Shown here piece by piece: positions 11,305 through 23,300 of a DNA stretch of 64,000 nucleotides; the first letter of the stretch is position 1; every line of letters begins with the position of its first letter. The position numbers were made by a program, and so were the translations under genes. The stretch is from NCBI GenBank assembly GCA_002633005.1, contig NMRA01000308.1, forward strand, positions 417,961-481,960, read 5' to 3'. The notes beneath the pieces were generated by a model. The model was given only the letters and a program-made list of their open reading frames with translations, was not told the origin of the DNA and made no database searches. Source of the stretch: Phoronis australis (taxonomy: Eukaryota; Animalia; Phoronida).

Positions 11305-14300
11305 GTAGGTGCAGTGCAGCAGGTGTTGTCTGAGATGTGCTAGAGGGAGAGGGGAAGGGGGGAAAAGGCTGGTGCTCACCTACGTAACTTGCTTGCTGAA
11401 CAACAACAAAGTGTTGAATGTTGGCAACATTTCCATATTGATTGTCATGCCACCTATTAGCCATTTCTGTGACTAATTAAGGTTTAGCAAATACTTGTGT
11501 TAGTACCTACTGGGGCTTGACTCACTGGTGTCTGTACACGATACTAATCTTCCTAGACTTGTCTGGTTTTCTGGTAGTGTCTTGCCCACATGACAATGCG
11601 TGAACACAGGTATATAAGGAAGCTTTCTGTGGAACAAAATAGTTGACTAAGCTTAACATCAAGTTCTTTACCTGAGTCACTTTGAGGTGTAAAACATTAA
11701 CACTCTCATCTGATCTTGAATTGTGGCTAGATGAGTTGGCAGCTCATGTCACAGGCAATGTGTATATGTGTTATTTTCGAAGTTCACAATTTTAAGGTTG
11801 GCGAATCCAGAACCCTATCAAGGTACAGATTATTTTGAGACCATTTTCATGACATTAAAGGGCTTAAAGTCAATTTTCATTGTTTTAGCCAGATTAACAG
11901 TCAAAATAAACCTTTAACTAAAAAAGTAAAAACACGTTCAAATAGTAATAAAATACTGTCCCACATTAAAAACATTCCTAATTCAACCAATAACAAGAAA
12001 TACAAATTAATTTGATTTTTTATGCCTAAACTCCAAACCTATTCTGAGGGCAAGTTTACAGTGTTCTCCTCAACAGAAAAATCAAACTCGACTTGAATTT
12101 CAAAACTCATGTACATGTGTTTAAAAGTCAATATCTGTGCTGTGGGGAGTTCGCATGTTAGGTCTTGAAAATAAATAAATGCCCTGAACTGGTACCAAAA
12201 GTCCAAAATGTCCTAATTTGCTTAAGAAATGACTTCTCTTACAATACTTCAAGCTCATTGTGCAGGTTTGTAAACTCGACGCAAGTGAGCCTAACTCGCC
12301 ACAACAAAATTCAAACTCGACGCAGTGACAAGTCAAAACAGGTTGTAGACCAAGAGCTACGTTCCTTGAATGAAAATTGGCTCATCTTATTGCTCACATC
12401 TGTAACAAAAGAAACCAGGAGGATTTTGGTTTGTGAGGCTGTGAGGTGAATATGTCACTTGAGAATTTATTTACCTGATGAGCGTAAATCGTCACAGGAT
12501 GTGGGCGAAGTGAGCTACGTCATTAGTGGATTAACTTCGGGTAGCCAATGAAAATCAATTAATATTGTATCACTTGACAACAAATTTCTCTTGTTGGCTC
12601 AGTCTAACCATGTGTACTACAAAGTAACGTAAGTAACAGGTCAGTGAGCACTTAAAGTAACTCACATTAAGCTATAAGCTGAGCTATAGTCCACTTGAGG
12701 ACAACTGCTCATCTTGCAGCTACTAATCTGCACTTGCCTTACTGGTCGTGAACCTGTTACTTTCACCCTATTAGTCAGTGTTTGCATGAGTTTGGTCGCT
12801 GAATTGTTTCCTACCTTGAAAGTTGTCGTGAGAACTGAATTAAGTGACAGTTGAATGAACTCTTTCCAGGTGTATTCTCGTTCTAATGATGAAGAACCAA
12901 TGGGCTGGTGGCCAGCTGCCATTAAAATGACCAAGGGAGACTTCTACGTTGTGGAGTATGCTGGGCTAGACTCTATGTACAATGAAATTGTAGAGTGTGA
13001 AAGAATTCGTCCGTGTCTGACCAAGTGAGTATTTTGTGTACACAGTGTATGTGTTTGGGTTATGACCACCTACATGCATGGTTACAAGGGAAAGCAATGA
13101 GGTGACTTGTTGGTTAATGGTTAGTATGGTATCTGGCTTCAATCTGTGCACTTGATGAATATGTTTGCAGTGGTTGGTTTAGTTTGGAGTGTGGGTGTGA
13201 GTTGAGTCTGACCTGGGAGATTAGACACTGGGCCCAAGTATAACGGTAGGTAGTATTGTTACTTTCTTTGTTCTCAGTTTGTCTAGTAAATGGTAGTGCA
13301 CAACTTCATTGTCTTGCCTTTGTCAACAAACAAGTAAATGGTAGTGTATAGCTTCACTGTCTTGGCTGTGTCAACAAACAAGTAAATGGTAGTGTACAAC
13401 TTCACTGTCTTGCCTATGTCAACAAACAAGTAAATGGTAGTGTATAGCTTCACTGTCTTGCCTGTGTCAACAAACAAGTAAATGGTAGTGTACAACTTCA
13501 CTGTCTTGCCTGTGTCAACAAACAAGTAAATGGTAGTGTATAGCTTCACTATCTTGCCTGTGTCAACAAACAAGTAAATGGTAGTGTATAGCTTCACTAT
13601 CTTGCCTGTGTCAACAAACAAGTAAATGGTAGTGTATAGCTTCACTGTCTTGCCTATGTCAACAACCAAGTAACTGGTAGTGTACAACTTCACTGTCTTG
13701 CCTATGTCAACAACCAAGTAACTGGTAGTGTACAACTTCATTGTCTGTCTTGCCTATGTCAACAACCAAGTAACTGGTAGTGTACAACTTCACTGTCTTG
13801 CCTATGTCAACAACCAAGTAACTGGTAGTGTACAACTTCACTGTCTTGCCTATGTCAACAACCAAGTAACTGGTAGTGTACAACTTCATTGTCTGTCTTG
13901 CCTGTGTCAACAAACAATGTGTTGTACTTTGACTCCTCTTGTTTGTACTGAATACTGCTGCTAGGTCATCACCTTGTGTTTCAATTGAAAGATTGTTTCT
14001 GCTTCAGAAAAATGGTTACCAAAGACAGTATACACAAAGCTGTTATCCCTATGCCACAAGATGTGCAAGAATTGTAAGTACTTTTCCTGCTAGGATTTGC
14101 TTCAATTTTTTAACTCATGTCACAGACCTACATAGGCCTACATCTTTTGTATTAGTGACTTCTATTTCCTCTCTGGTGTGTACTTATGTATTCTCTCAAG
14201 TGGTTTAGTAATCTATTACTAATCACACTATTCAATCTTAGTTTCTAGTTCCTAATTTTGCTGCTGGTTAAAACCCATGTTATTTACCCAATATTGTGTT

Positions 14301-17300
14301 ACACAGTATTTTAGCCTGGGAAACTGATGTTACATAATTATACTAGACTGTATTGTTTTCATTTCCTGGTTTTTCCCTGTGTAATTTTATTATAATAATT
14401 ATTAATGTAATATTTACAATGAGGGTAGCCCCATCACTTCACACTGCTTTCCATTCATTTGTCAAACAAAAAATGCAAATGTCATTCTGGACATACCAGT
14501 TTACATGACTTATTGCATGTGATTCTATTCAGGCATCATGTATTTTGACAACAAAAGTGAATTGTTACCTGTGCAGCATGAAGCCACTTGACTGGAATTG
14601 TAAAAGTCAAACTGGTGGTGTAACACCTACTGATTCCACAAAGTAAATACACGAATTGTGAACTAAAGGGGTTGTATTTGTAAAAAATGGTATTAATTTC
14701 TTAGGTTTGGAAGTCACCACAAATTTCTAAGCCAGATACAGACTTCTTTTGCCTTGGTTGTAGCCTTGGTACAAAGCTGTATACTATATATACAGCTTTG
14801 CGCCGATGTGGGTAAAAAAGTGGTAAGATAAAATCTGACACAAAATTAGTGTCATTAAAAACTATAGCCTTCCTTGAGTAAATTAAATTATTTAACGTTG
14901 TTGGCAAAAATGGCGTTCTACCGTTATTCAGCTGCTAAAGTTGTGGAGCAATCTTTAGTGACGGCTTTCGGCGCCTTGAAATTTTGCGTCACCTATTGGC
15001 CAGTTTCTTTTTTCGCCGATTCTTCAATCAACTGTTGTTCTTTCACGAGGTTGCATACATGTCATAACAAATTATCGGAACTGGTTTCATTTCATTATAA
15101 GTTTTTAAAATTTTGATACCAGCAAACCAAATTTCGGAAGAAATTTTGCTGCTGCCAAGCTATCATCATCTCGCGAGAGATGTCACAAAAACTTAGGAAA
15201 TGGCGCATGTGTGTGTCAGGATCGTATTGTTTTCGAAAGGACGACATAACTTTTCTTTGTTAGAAAAGGCGGAGGATTACGCAAGACAATGATGTTTAAT
15301 AGATTGTTTTCCACGGCTGTAGCGGGCAAGGTGAGTGTTTTTTGATTCCCAGATTTTGCATGCACCCCATCCAGTCTCTAGCTCTGCATGTTGACACAGG
15401 TTTCACGGTGAGGTGACTAGCAGAACTGCCCTGGCTGTGTGCAATTTTGGGGTCTATGGAAGAAAAACACACAGTGGTACCTAGCTGTATTTTGACGATA
15501 GTCTTCATACAGCTAGCTGGCTGGCTACCTTGGCTGCAACTCACAATAATCTGGCGACTTTGTTTCATTATGGGATTTATACCAGGTAGCCGAACAATAT
15601 GTTGGGTTGTATGGATAAGTTACAGTTCGCTAAATCACAAAAATCTGACAACGTGGAATTTTAATGTGTACATTGGTGAGCTACAGGTTGCCAAATGGAG
15701 AATTGACCATTGATGTACAGTTTGTTGTGATTAGTTAATGGTGTTTCATTTCAAGCTGTGATGATGAGTCTATGCATAAAGACTTCAGGAAGGCTTGTAG
15801 TCCCTCCAGTCTCTACTATGATAAACAGTTACGATCCCTGGTGGTCATATCCCTGTTTGAGTCTACAGTGCGACGGGCGACCATGCTGGGTGATATGCAC
15901 GTAAAGAATCTTCGCCAGAAAGTGGTGTTGAAGCAGCGGACGGAGGAAGTTGCACGTAGACTGGAGGTAAGTTTAGTACGTCATTGCTGACTGGGTTTGA
16001 GTAAAAGTGAAAAATTTCATAGGAAAATGGGCTTACTCAAGGCTTGGAATTTTCCGCGGAAATGCGGATTTTCGCTTTTTTCTTTTATTTCCTCTGCGTA
16101 GTTTCGTTTTTTTCGCGGAATAATCGGATTTGCCATAAAATTATCGCGGCAAATCAGTTTCTCACCGCGGCATGCCGATGACTCAAAAAGCGGAAACTGC
16201 TCTTTATGTTTCGGAGGAACGAAAACTGTACTTGCGGATCAAAGGCGCTGGAATTTCCCGATGACTCGTAACCATATATAAGAAACATGTTTTCTTAGTA
16301 GTGAGTGACGTCAGCGGCAATCGAGGAACAAATAAATTCAAGCGCCTGTGCCTGGGATAGTGTGGTTCATCAATGGCGTCTGCATTTGGTGTAAAGTCGT
16401 GGTGACAAATAGTGAGATTCTGCAGTCAAAAATGCAGAATATTTCGTGGAAAAGTGGATAAAAGATACGTCCAATGTCTTCACAAACAACAAAAGTCGAG
16501 GTTTATGCTCTATAAACTTTGAGAGAGGAACAATTACTGAGTGCGTGGCCGAGTCGGAATCGGAGGACAAGCTGAAAACGATGAAACGCTAGAAATAACT
16601 ACACTTCCTGAAATGAAATTCAACTGTAACAGGTTATTCGTTGGATTGGAATCGTGGGATGTGAGTGATGTATGAAATTCTTCTGTTTGATCCCACATGC
16701 ACGCCCGTTGCCATTGGCTGCTTGTGCTGGGCCTGACTGTCTGAGTGTGATTTTCTACGTGCCACCGACGGAAACGGGATACTATTTTTGTTACCGCAAA
16801 TGCTTGTAAATTGCCGTTTATGTATTTCAATTTATTTTGACATTTTTCGTGTTCTATTTTGTGACTCAAGTTTTGCAGTTCGAGAGAAGTGATCACATGA
16901 CATTCTGAATGATCTGATTGGTCTAAGCCATTGTTTACAAATTCCGCCAGCCTATTTTCAGTGTCTTGGTAGTTATTTCTTATGTCACATAGTTTCTTCT
17001 ACACCAGCGTGGCTTTTGAACAATTAACTCCTGTAATTACTTTTTGAAACTGAAAAGTTTGGCCAATTTAGGATTGGGGTTGATGCATTCTGTGGTTTAA
17101 AGTGTGTTTTTGACTTCCATTTTCCATGCAGTTGGGTATGAGCCACAGGTTTTCGTCTTAACTTTTTCCATTTGCATTGGAATTAATTTTTTTTGAATTA
17201 AATGTGTACGTTTTTCAGGCTTTCGAGATAATCTTTGAATCGATTTACATTTTTTTTTGTTTTTGTAATTTTATATCGTAATTATAAGAATTGAAAATAA

Positions 17301-20300
17301 TTTTATAGGTCTCCCTGCAGCAAATCAAGAAAAAGCTCCTGCCACTCATACTGCAAATTTTTCATCATTATCTTTGTTTTTTAATTTTAAAAATATCTTT
17401 TGTTGCATCTAATTGCCTTCATTGTTGTTGCTGAAATAGATGTCAGGTACTGCTTAAGATGAGTGCATTTTGCCTACACGACACAGTAAGAGGGCATCTT
17501 GTGAGAATAACGTTTACTTTCGATCTGTTGAGGTATGGTTTAGATTGAAATGTGTAGTTAGGGCCGTAAAAATTTCCTCTTTTTTGTCATGGGTCATTCC
17601 AAGCCCTGAACTTACTGAGGGAGCATGAGTTGCAAGATTGTGGCGTTGTTGGATGTATGCCAGGCTGGTGTACAGTGGGCATGGTCTCTGTGTATGTCGC
17701 CATGGTTGCACTGTTATTTCAGACAACGAAACTTCAGAGTCGGTCTAAGTATACAGAAGAGTTCACAGTTAGTGAAGAGCTGATGGGACTGGCTATTGGC
17801 ACACATGGGTCTAACATCTCCCAGGCACGACGTGTGGCTGACATCTCATCCATAGACCTTGAGGAGTCAACATGTACATTCAGAATCTGTGGCGAGGTAC
17901 TATGTACTCATTACATCTTGCTTTGTAATTTGTTGGCAATCACCAAACTCATTTTGTTCCCACCTTCGCTGTTCCATATTCTGAATGACACCAGCGGCAT
18001 CACCCAACTCATTTTGTTTCCACCTTCACTGTTCATATTCTGAATGACACCAGCGGCATCACCCAACTCATTTTGTTCCCACCTTCACTGTTCATATTCT
18101 GAATGACACCAGCGGCATCACCCAACTCATTTTGTTCCCACCTTCACTGTTCATATTCTGAATGACACCAGCGGCATCACCCAACTCATTTTGTTCCCAC
18201 CTTCACTGTTCATATTCTGAATGACACCAGCGGCAATACTTCCCTTCTCATCACTTATTCACGGCTGAGTTGTGCTTTTGATATTATTCAACAGTACAGA
18301 AACTTTTTCTTGGATGTAATTGAAAAGTTTTCCCAACTTTTATTGATGTTAAAGTTGTGTTCGAACACTGTTTACCGTGTTTTGATATGCAGACTCAAAG
18401 TGAGAAAATAGACGGTGAACAGCCTTTATTATGATATATTCATTAATAGTCTTGAGTAAGTGTAGTATAACTAATAACTCTCTTTTGAGTGTCGCGACGT
18501 ATCAATAAATGCTAAATGACATATTTAGAGACAGTCATTACAGGGGGAGGGGGTTGTTCAGAACATTTTAACCCGTTCTTGCGTCTCAATTACTGTTGTC
18601 CTTCTTTGACATTTTTATTAGACTGCTGAATCAGTGAAACAGGCCAGAGCAATCTTGGAGTTCTCACAGGAGGCCTTTGATGTACCCCGAGATCTCGTCG
18701 GTAAGTTGGGAAATCCAATCTTTCCTAAACCACAACTAGTTAAAGTAGCTATAAACCCATGCTTCTGTAAAGAATTTACTTTTAATTTAGACCACTTACT
18801 GGGTAAGTCGTCTCAAGTTGTTCTTTATGGAAGTGAGAAAGAGTTTGTTGGCTTAGAAAGAACTCGTATCTTGCAATTTGTTATTTCTTGTTCTCCTGAA
18901 GTTACAACCCATTTTGTTATTACTTGTTCTCCAGCAGTTACAACCCATTTTGTTATTACTTGTTCTCCTGCAGTTACAACCCAGTTTGTTATTACTTGTT
19001 CTCCTGCAGTTACAACCCATTTTGTTATTACTTGTTCTCCTGCAGTTACAACCCATTTTGTTATTACTTGTTCTCCTGCAGTTACAACCCATTTTGTTAT
19101 TACTTGTTCTCCTGCAGTTACAACCCATTTTGTTATTACTTGTTCTCCTGCAGTTACAACCCAGTTTGTTATTACTTGTTCTCCTGCAGTTACAACCCAG
19201 TTTGTTATTACTTGTTCTCCTGCAGTTACAACCCATTTTGTTATTACTTGTTCTCCTGCAGTTACAACCCATTTTGTTATTACTTGTTCTCCTGCAGTTA
19301 CAAGCCATTTTGTTATTACTTGTTCTCCTGCAGTTACAACCCAGTTTGTTATTACTTGTTCTCCTGCAGTTACAACCCAGTTTCTTGAGCCTGCTCTTCT
19401 CTAGCATTGACCTGTTACATCTTTTTGTAATAGCCACTTACAGGGATTCCATATTTTGAGAACCACAGAATAATGGGCCTCAAGCTTGTTCTCCAAGTAA
19501 ACCACTCATGTGACTATTGCTGTTCTCCAAGTACACCACTCATGTGACTATTGCCGTTCTTTCCAAGCTCAGAAACCATCTTTAATTTCGTAGCAACGAA
19601 CAAGTTGAGAGCAATTTCATTGCAGCAAGTGGATTAATAAAAACTAAAAGCTGTTTTTTTGATAAAAACAATGAGGCTTTTCAACTTCAATATCTTTTGA
19701 TGTCTCAAACATCATCAGGACAAGTAATCAATGCCATCTAATATTGCTTGTCTTGATGATGTTTTAGGCATTGAAACATGTTCAAGTTGAAAAATCTCGT
19801 CGATTTTATTGATATTATCGCTTACTTGCCTTCTTTGAGACCAAAAGTTTGTTGTTGTGATACACGGCTAGTTACATGTTTGATGTGGTTGTTTTCCTAA
19901 GCTTGCGCCATTAATAGACTAATTAGTTGGTAACATGTCAGAAGGAAGAGCTTGTGGAGTTGCTTTTGCATCCATGAAATTGTACAATGTGTTAGTTTTG
20001 TTGCCTTTTTGTGTGTCCAGCAGTTTTTGGACCAAGATATTGGCAATGCTTTGCGGTCGGGTGGTGGTAGGGCTTACCAATATTTAGTAGATTGACACTG
20101 TGTGCTGTACAGTACTACATTGTATCGTTTTCTACGGTTGCATTGTATTTTAATGATGTCCTTGGTCAACTTCTAGCGACCTGTGCCATTGCTGTTGTTT
20201 TATTAACTTTTCAGCCAAGGTGATTGGTAAGAATGGCCATAATATTCAGGACATAGTGGACAAGGCGGGCGTGGTGCGAGTCAAGATTGAAGGTGACAAT

Positions 20301-23300
20301 GAACAGGATGACAGGCACCGTCAAGATGGGACGGTACCCTTCATCTTTGTGGGCACCAGGGACAATATAACCAATGCTAAAATTGCCCTCGAATTTCTCC
20401 TTAGCAATTTGAAGGTTAGTAGTCAAACGTGTCCTAGTACTTCTCGGTGAGAAAATGGTCTAAATTGAAACTAATTAGATTATCTATGTGTTCAAGAATA
20501 GCAAGCGATTTTGCAGAATTTTGTGTGTATAAGGGAGGGCGCAAATACTGTGTACTAGCCTAGTAATGGAATTTCAGTGTAAGATACTGAGGAATGTTCT
20601 ATAGACAAAAGGAAGATCTTGCAATACTGCAAGGTCACACCAGTGAAAGACAAGTGTGCTCAAGAGCTTACTAGCCTGTCTTGGCAAAATGATGTGATTG
20701 GTCGGCGAGGTTGGAGCGTTCAATTCACCTTTTCCGTTCCAGAAGCAAAAAGGTTTTGCCACTGATGTATTGAAGGTCTTTGGAACTCGAGCCTGATTCC
20801 TCATTCCAGTCAGAATTTTGTTACATGCCTTGCAGTGTTGATGTATTTTATGTTACTATAATTATTGTGTCTCTATGGAAACACTCTTCATCATGGAAGT
20901 ATGAGGCACTAATTACTGTCAGTTATGTAAGTCCTGCAGGCTCTCATTTATTATAATGTTTTCTTTAAAAGTGCTGAACGTTTTTGCATTTGTTTAAATG
21001 TCCAACATTTCATGTTGAGATGCAGTTAAGCGATTACTTTCATCTTGAATCATTAATTGTCCAGGATGTTGAGGAGATGCGCAAAGAGAAGCATGAGATG
21101 GAAGAACAGTTGAGGACTGTATCAGGGTCACATGGGCCTTACTTCCCACCACCTCGGGAAATGCGTGGGTAAGTATAGTGTAGAGAATGTGAAGAGAGTA
21201 ACCAGACAAAGTATTGTTAACACTAAAAAGGATTAGTTAAGAAGTATTATGGTGTCAAACTTCTTATCACAGAATAGCTGAGCCACCTTACTTTTAGATT
21301 TACAGTTCATTGCCATTCATCCCAGTCATGAGGTAAGGCTACTTAATGACAAATTCCTGTTCTGCCCAGTCGTGGTGACGGGGGGGGGGGGGGNGGGGGG
21401 GGGGGGGGTCATTTTGGCTGATTACTTTCAGCATGTACTTTTGCTATGGCTAGTTTGTGTCTTGACTGAGTCTGAATGTACTCGAGAGACTTGGTCTGTT
21501 GTATTCTTCCCTTCCATTATGTGAATGAATTGTGTGTTTCAACAACTCCATGAATGCATAAATCTGATTATAGACAAATATGGACCTGCCTGGCACACAG
21601 TTAATCCCTGGACTGTAATACTGATAAATGGTACAGTTTGTCCGTGGCGATTATAATTTCTGTGGCAATTTCCAAATTGAAAACTAGCAATCATTCAATG
21701 TGGCACATCTTTGATTTCCTTAAAATCAGAAAATTGTCAATAAATGACATTGAATTAATTTTAGATAAGTATGAAGGGGGCGTGTAGAGTCAAGCAAGCC
21801 TTGGACTATCCGAGTCCTGGCTAGACTTGCTATGTTAATGTGTTAAGTCATGGAGTTTGTTGAAGCCTACTTATTATTTGTAGCACTAAAACACTGCAGC
21901 AAAATGTATACAATGAGTTATTGAAATTTTACGCTCTGGTAGGACTGGGGATCGGATGTTCACTTGGTGAACATTTAGACATAGGGCTAAGTGATCAACA
22001 CGTCCAACTACGTTATTCAGAAACAATGCTAAGTGAACGAATAATATTTTTAGGCCATGTTGGTTGAAAGATGTCATGACTTGAGAGCCAGCTTCCACCA
22101 CCACACAAAGCTGACCACGGTTGTGGGTCCAGTCTAATATAAGCTGTTGTAAAGCAGACATACTTACAAATCAAGAGCATTCTGATGTTGCAAAATGCAG
22201 TGGCTGTTGCCTCACATAAAATGATTATAAAGACCTCATTCCGCTTTCACTGTCTCTATCTCCTTCAGTCTCACAACTACTGTTGACCATGAATTGTAGT
22301 AAGACTCTGTTCTTGTTCTCATGGTAATATAAGATGGCATGGAAAGTCAAGGTCAAGAACAACTTGGCTGGTAGACATTTGAGTACTTAAATTGAGGTTT
22401 TGTGTGAAACTCAGTCATTGCTAGGACTATGGGAATGCGCAGAAACATCAAGAATAACAAAAATTAATTCAAGGAAGGCTTTTGCAATATTAACAGTAGA
22501 ATGTACTGTAATGAAATGTATTATACGAATGTTCACAGTGGCAGCTATGATCCATACAGTATGGACGAGTTTCCCAACAGAGGGCGTGGTCGAGGGGGAT
22601 GGTCAAGGCGTGGGCGGACGCATGGTTCCTCAGGTAAGTTTGTCTCTTTGTCTCCTTCAGATTACTTTCGAGCTATTGGTTGGTTATTAGTAAGCTTGCC
22701 TTTAAACTCTCAGGAAATTACAAAATTGTCCCACGCAACTTTTGTGGCATGTGTCATGAGAAGGATATGCAAGACTATAGAAAAATGGCTTAATTTGGAT
22801 AACTTTGTAACTTGATATCCCTGACGTGGCTGATATCCCTGACAGCTGTCAGATACTATGCTTTACAAATTCCTCCCCAAAACGCTGTTAAGAATATTTT
22901 TTAAAATGTTCTGTTTTTAGAAATAGGTCTTTTATGATTTTCTTGCATAAATTGAATACCGAATCATAATTAATTTTCTAAATAAGCAGGCTTGTCTTTG
23001 AGGTCCTACATAGCTTTTAACCAGTTTCTTTCTCCTTTGTGCCGTGCCGTCTTGGGTTGTTTGATTGATTTCTGGGTGTTGTTTGTATAGTTAGTGTCAA
23101 CTGATTGGTTTACAGTGGACAACCTAACTGATGACCACAGGCCAGTGAATGACTGGTCAGAGGCTGTAGAGGAGGGTGAAAGGCACTCGGGCTATCACAC
23201 AGACAGTGCAATCAATCGTCGTGGCAGGGGGCGGGGCTATAGAGGTTACCGTGACCGCGGCTACTACTCTTGTAAGTGCATCAAGACTGGTTGAGAGTTG

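Noticed and set aside
13283-13964. Repeat ORFs and CRISPR-like periodicity
   Set aside because: Pure tandem repeats with no unique spacers and no cas genes, in a eukaryotic intron. The same applies to the arrays at 32755, 41239 and 45858.
16038-16900. CpG-rich block starting with a hAT-like end (AGGCTTGGAATTTTCCGCGG)
   Set aside because: No matching second terminus or recognisable ORF; probably a transposon relic but not supportable.
18634-19459. Long repetitive ORFs in four frames
   Set aside because: Products of a stop-free 39-bp intronic minisatellite; only 18622-18700 is a real exon.
21379-21408. Poly-G tract as a G-quadruplex relevant to FMRP
   Set aside because: Contains an n, so its length is unreliable and it is probably a contig join.
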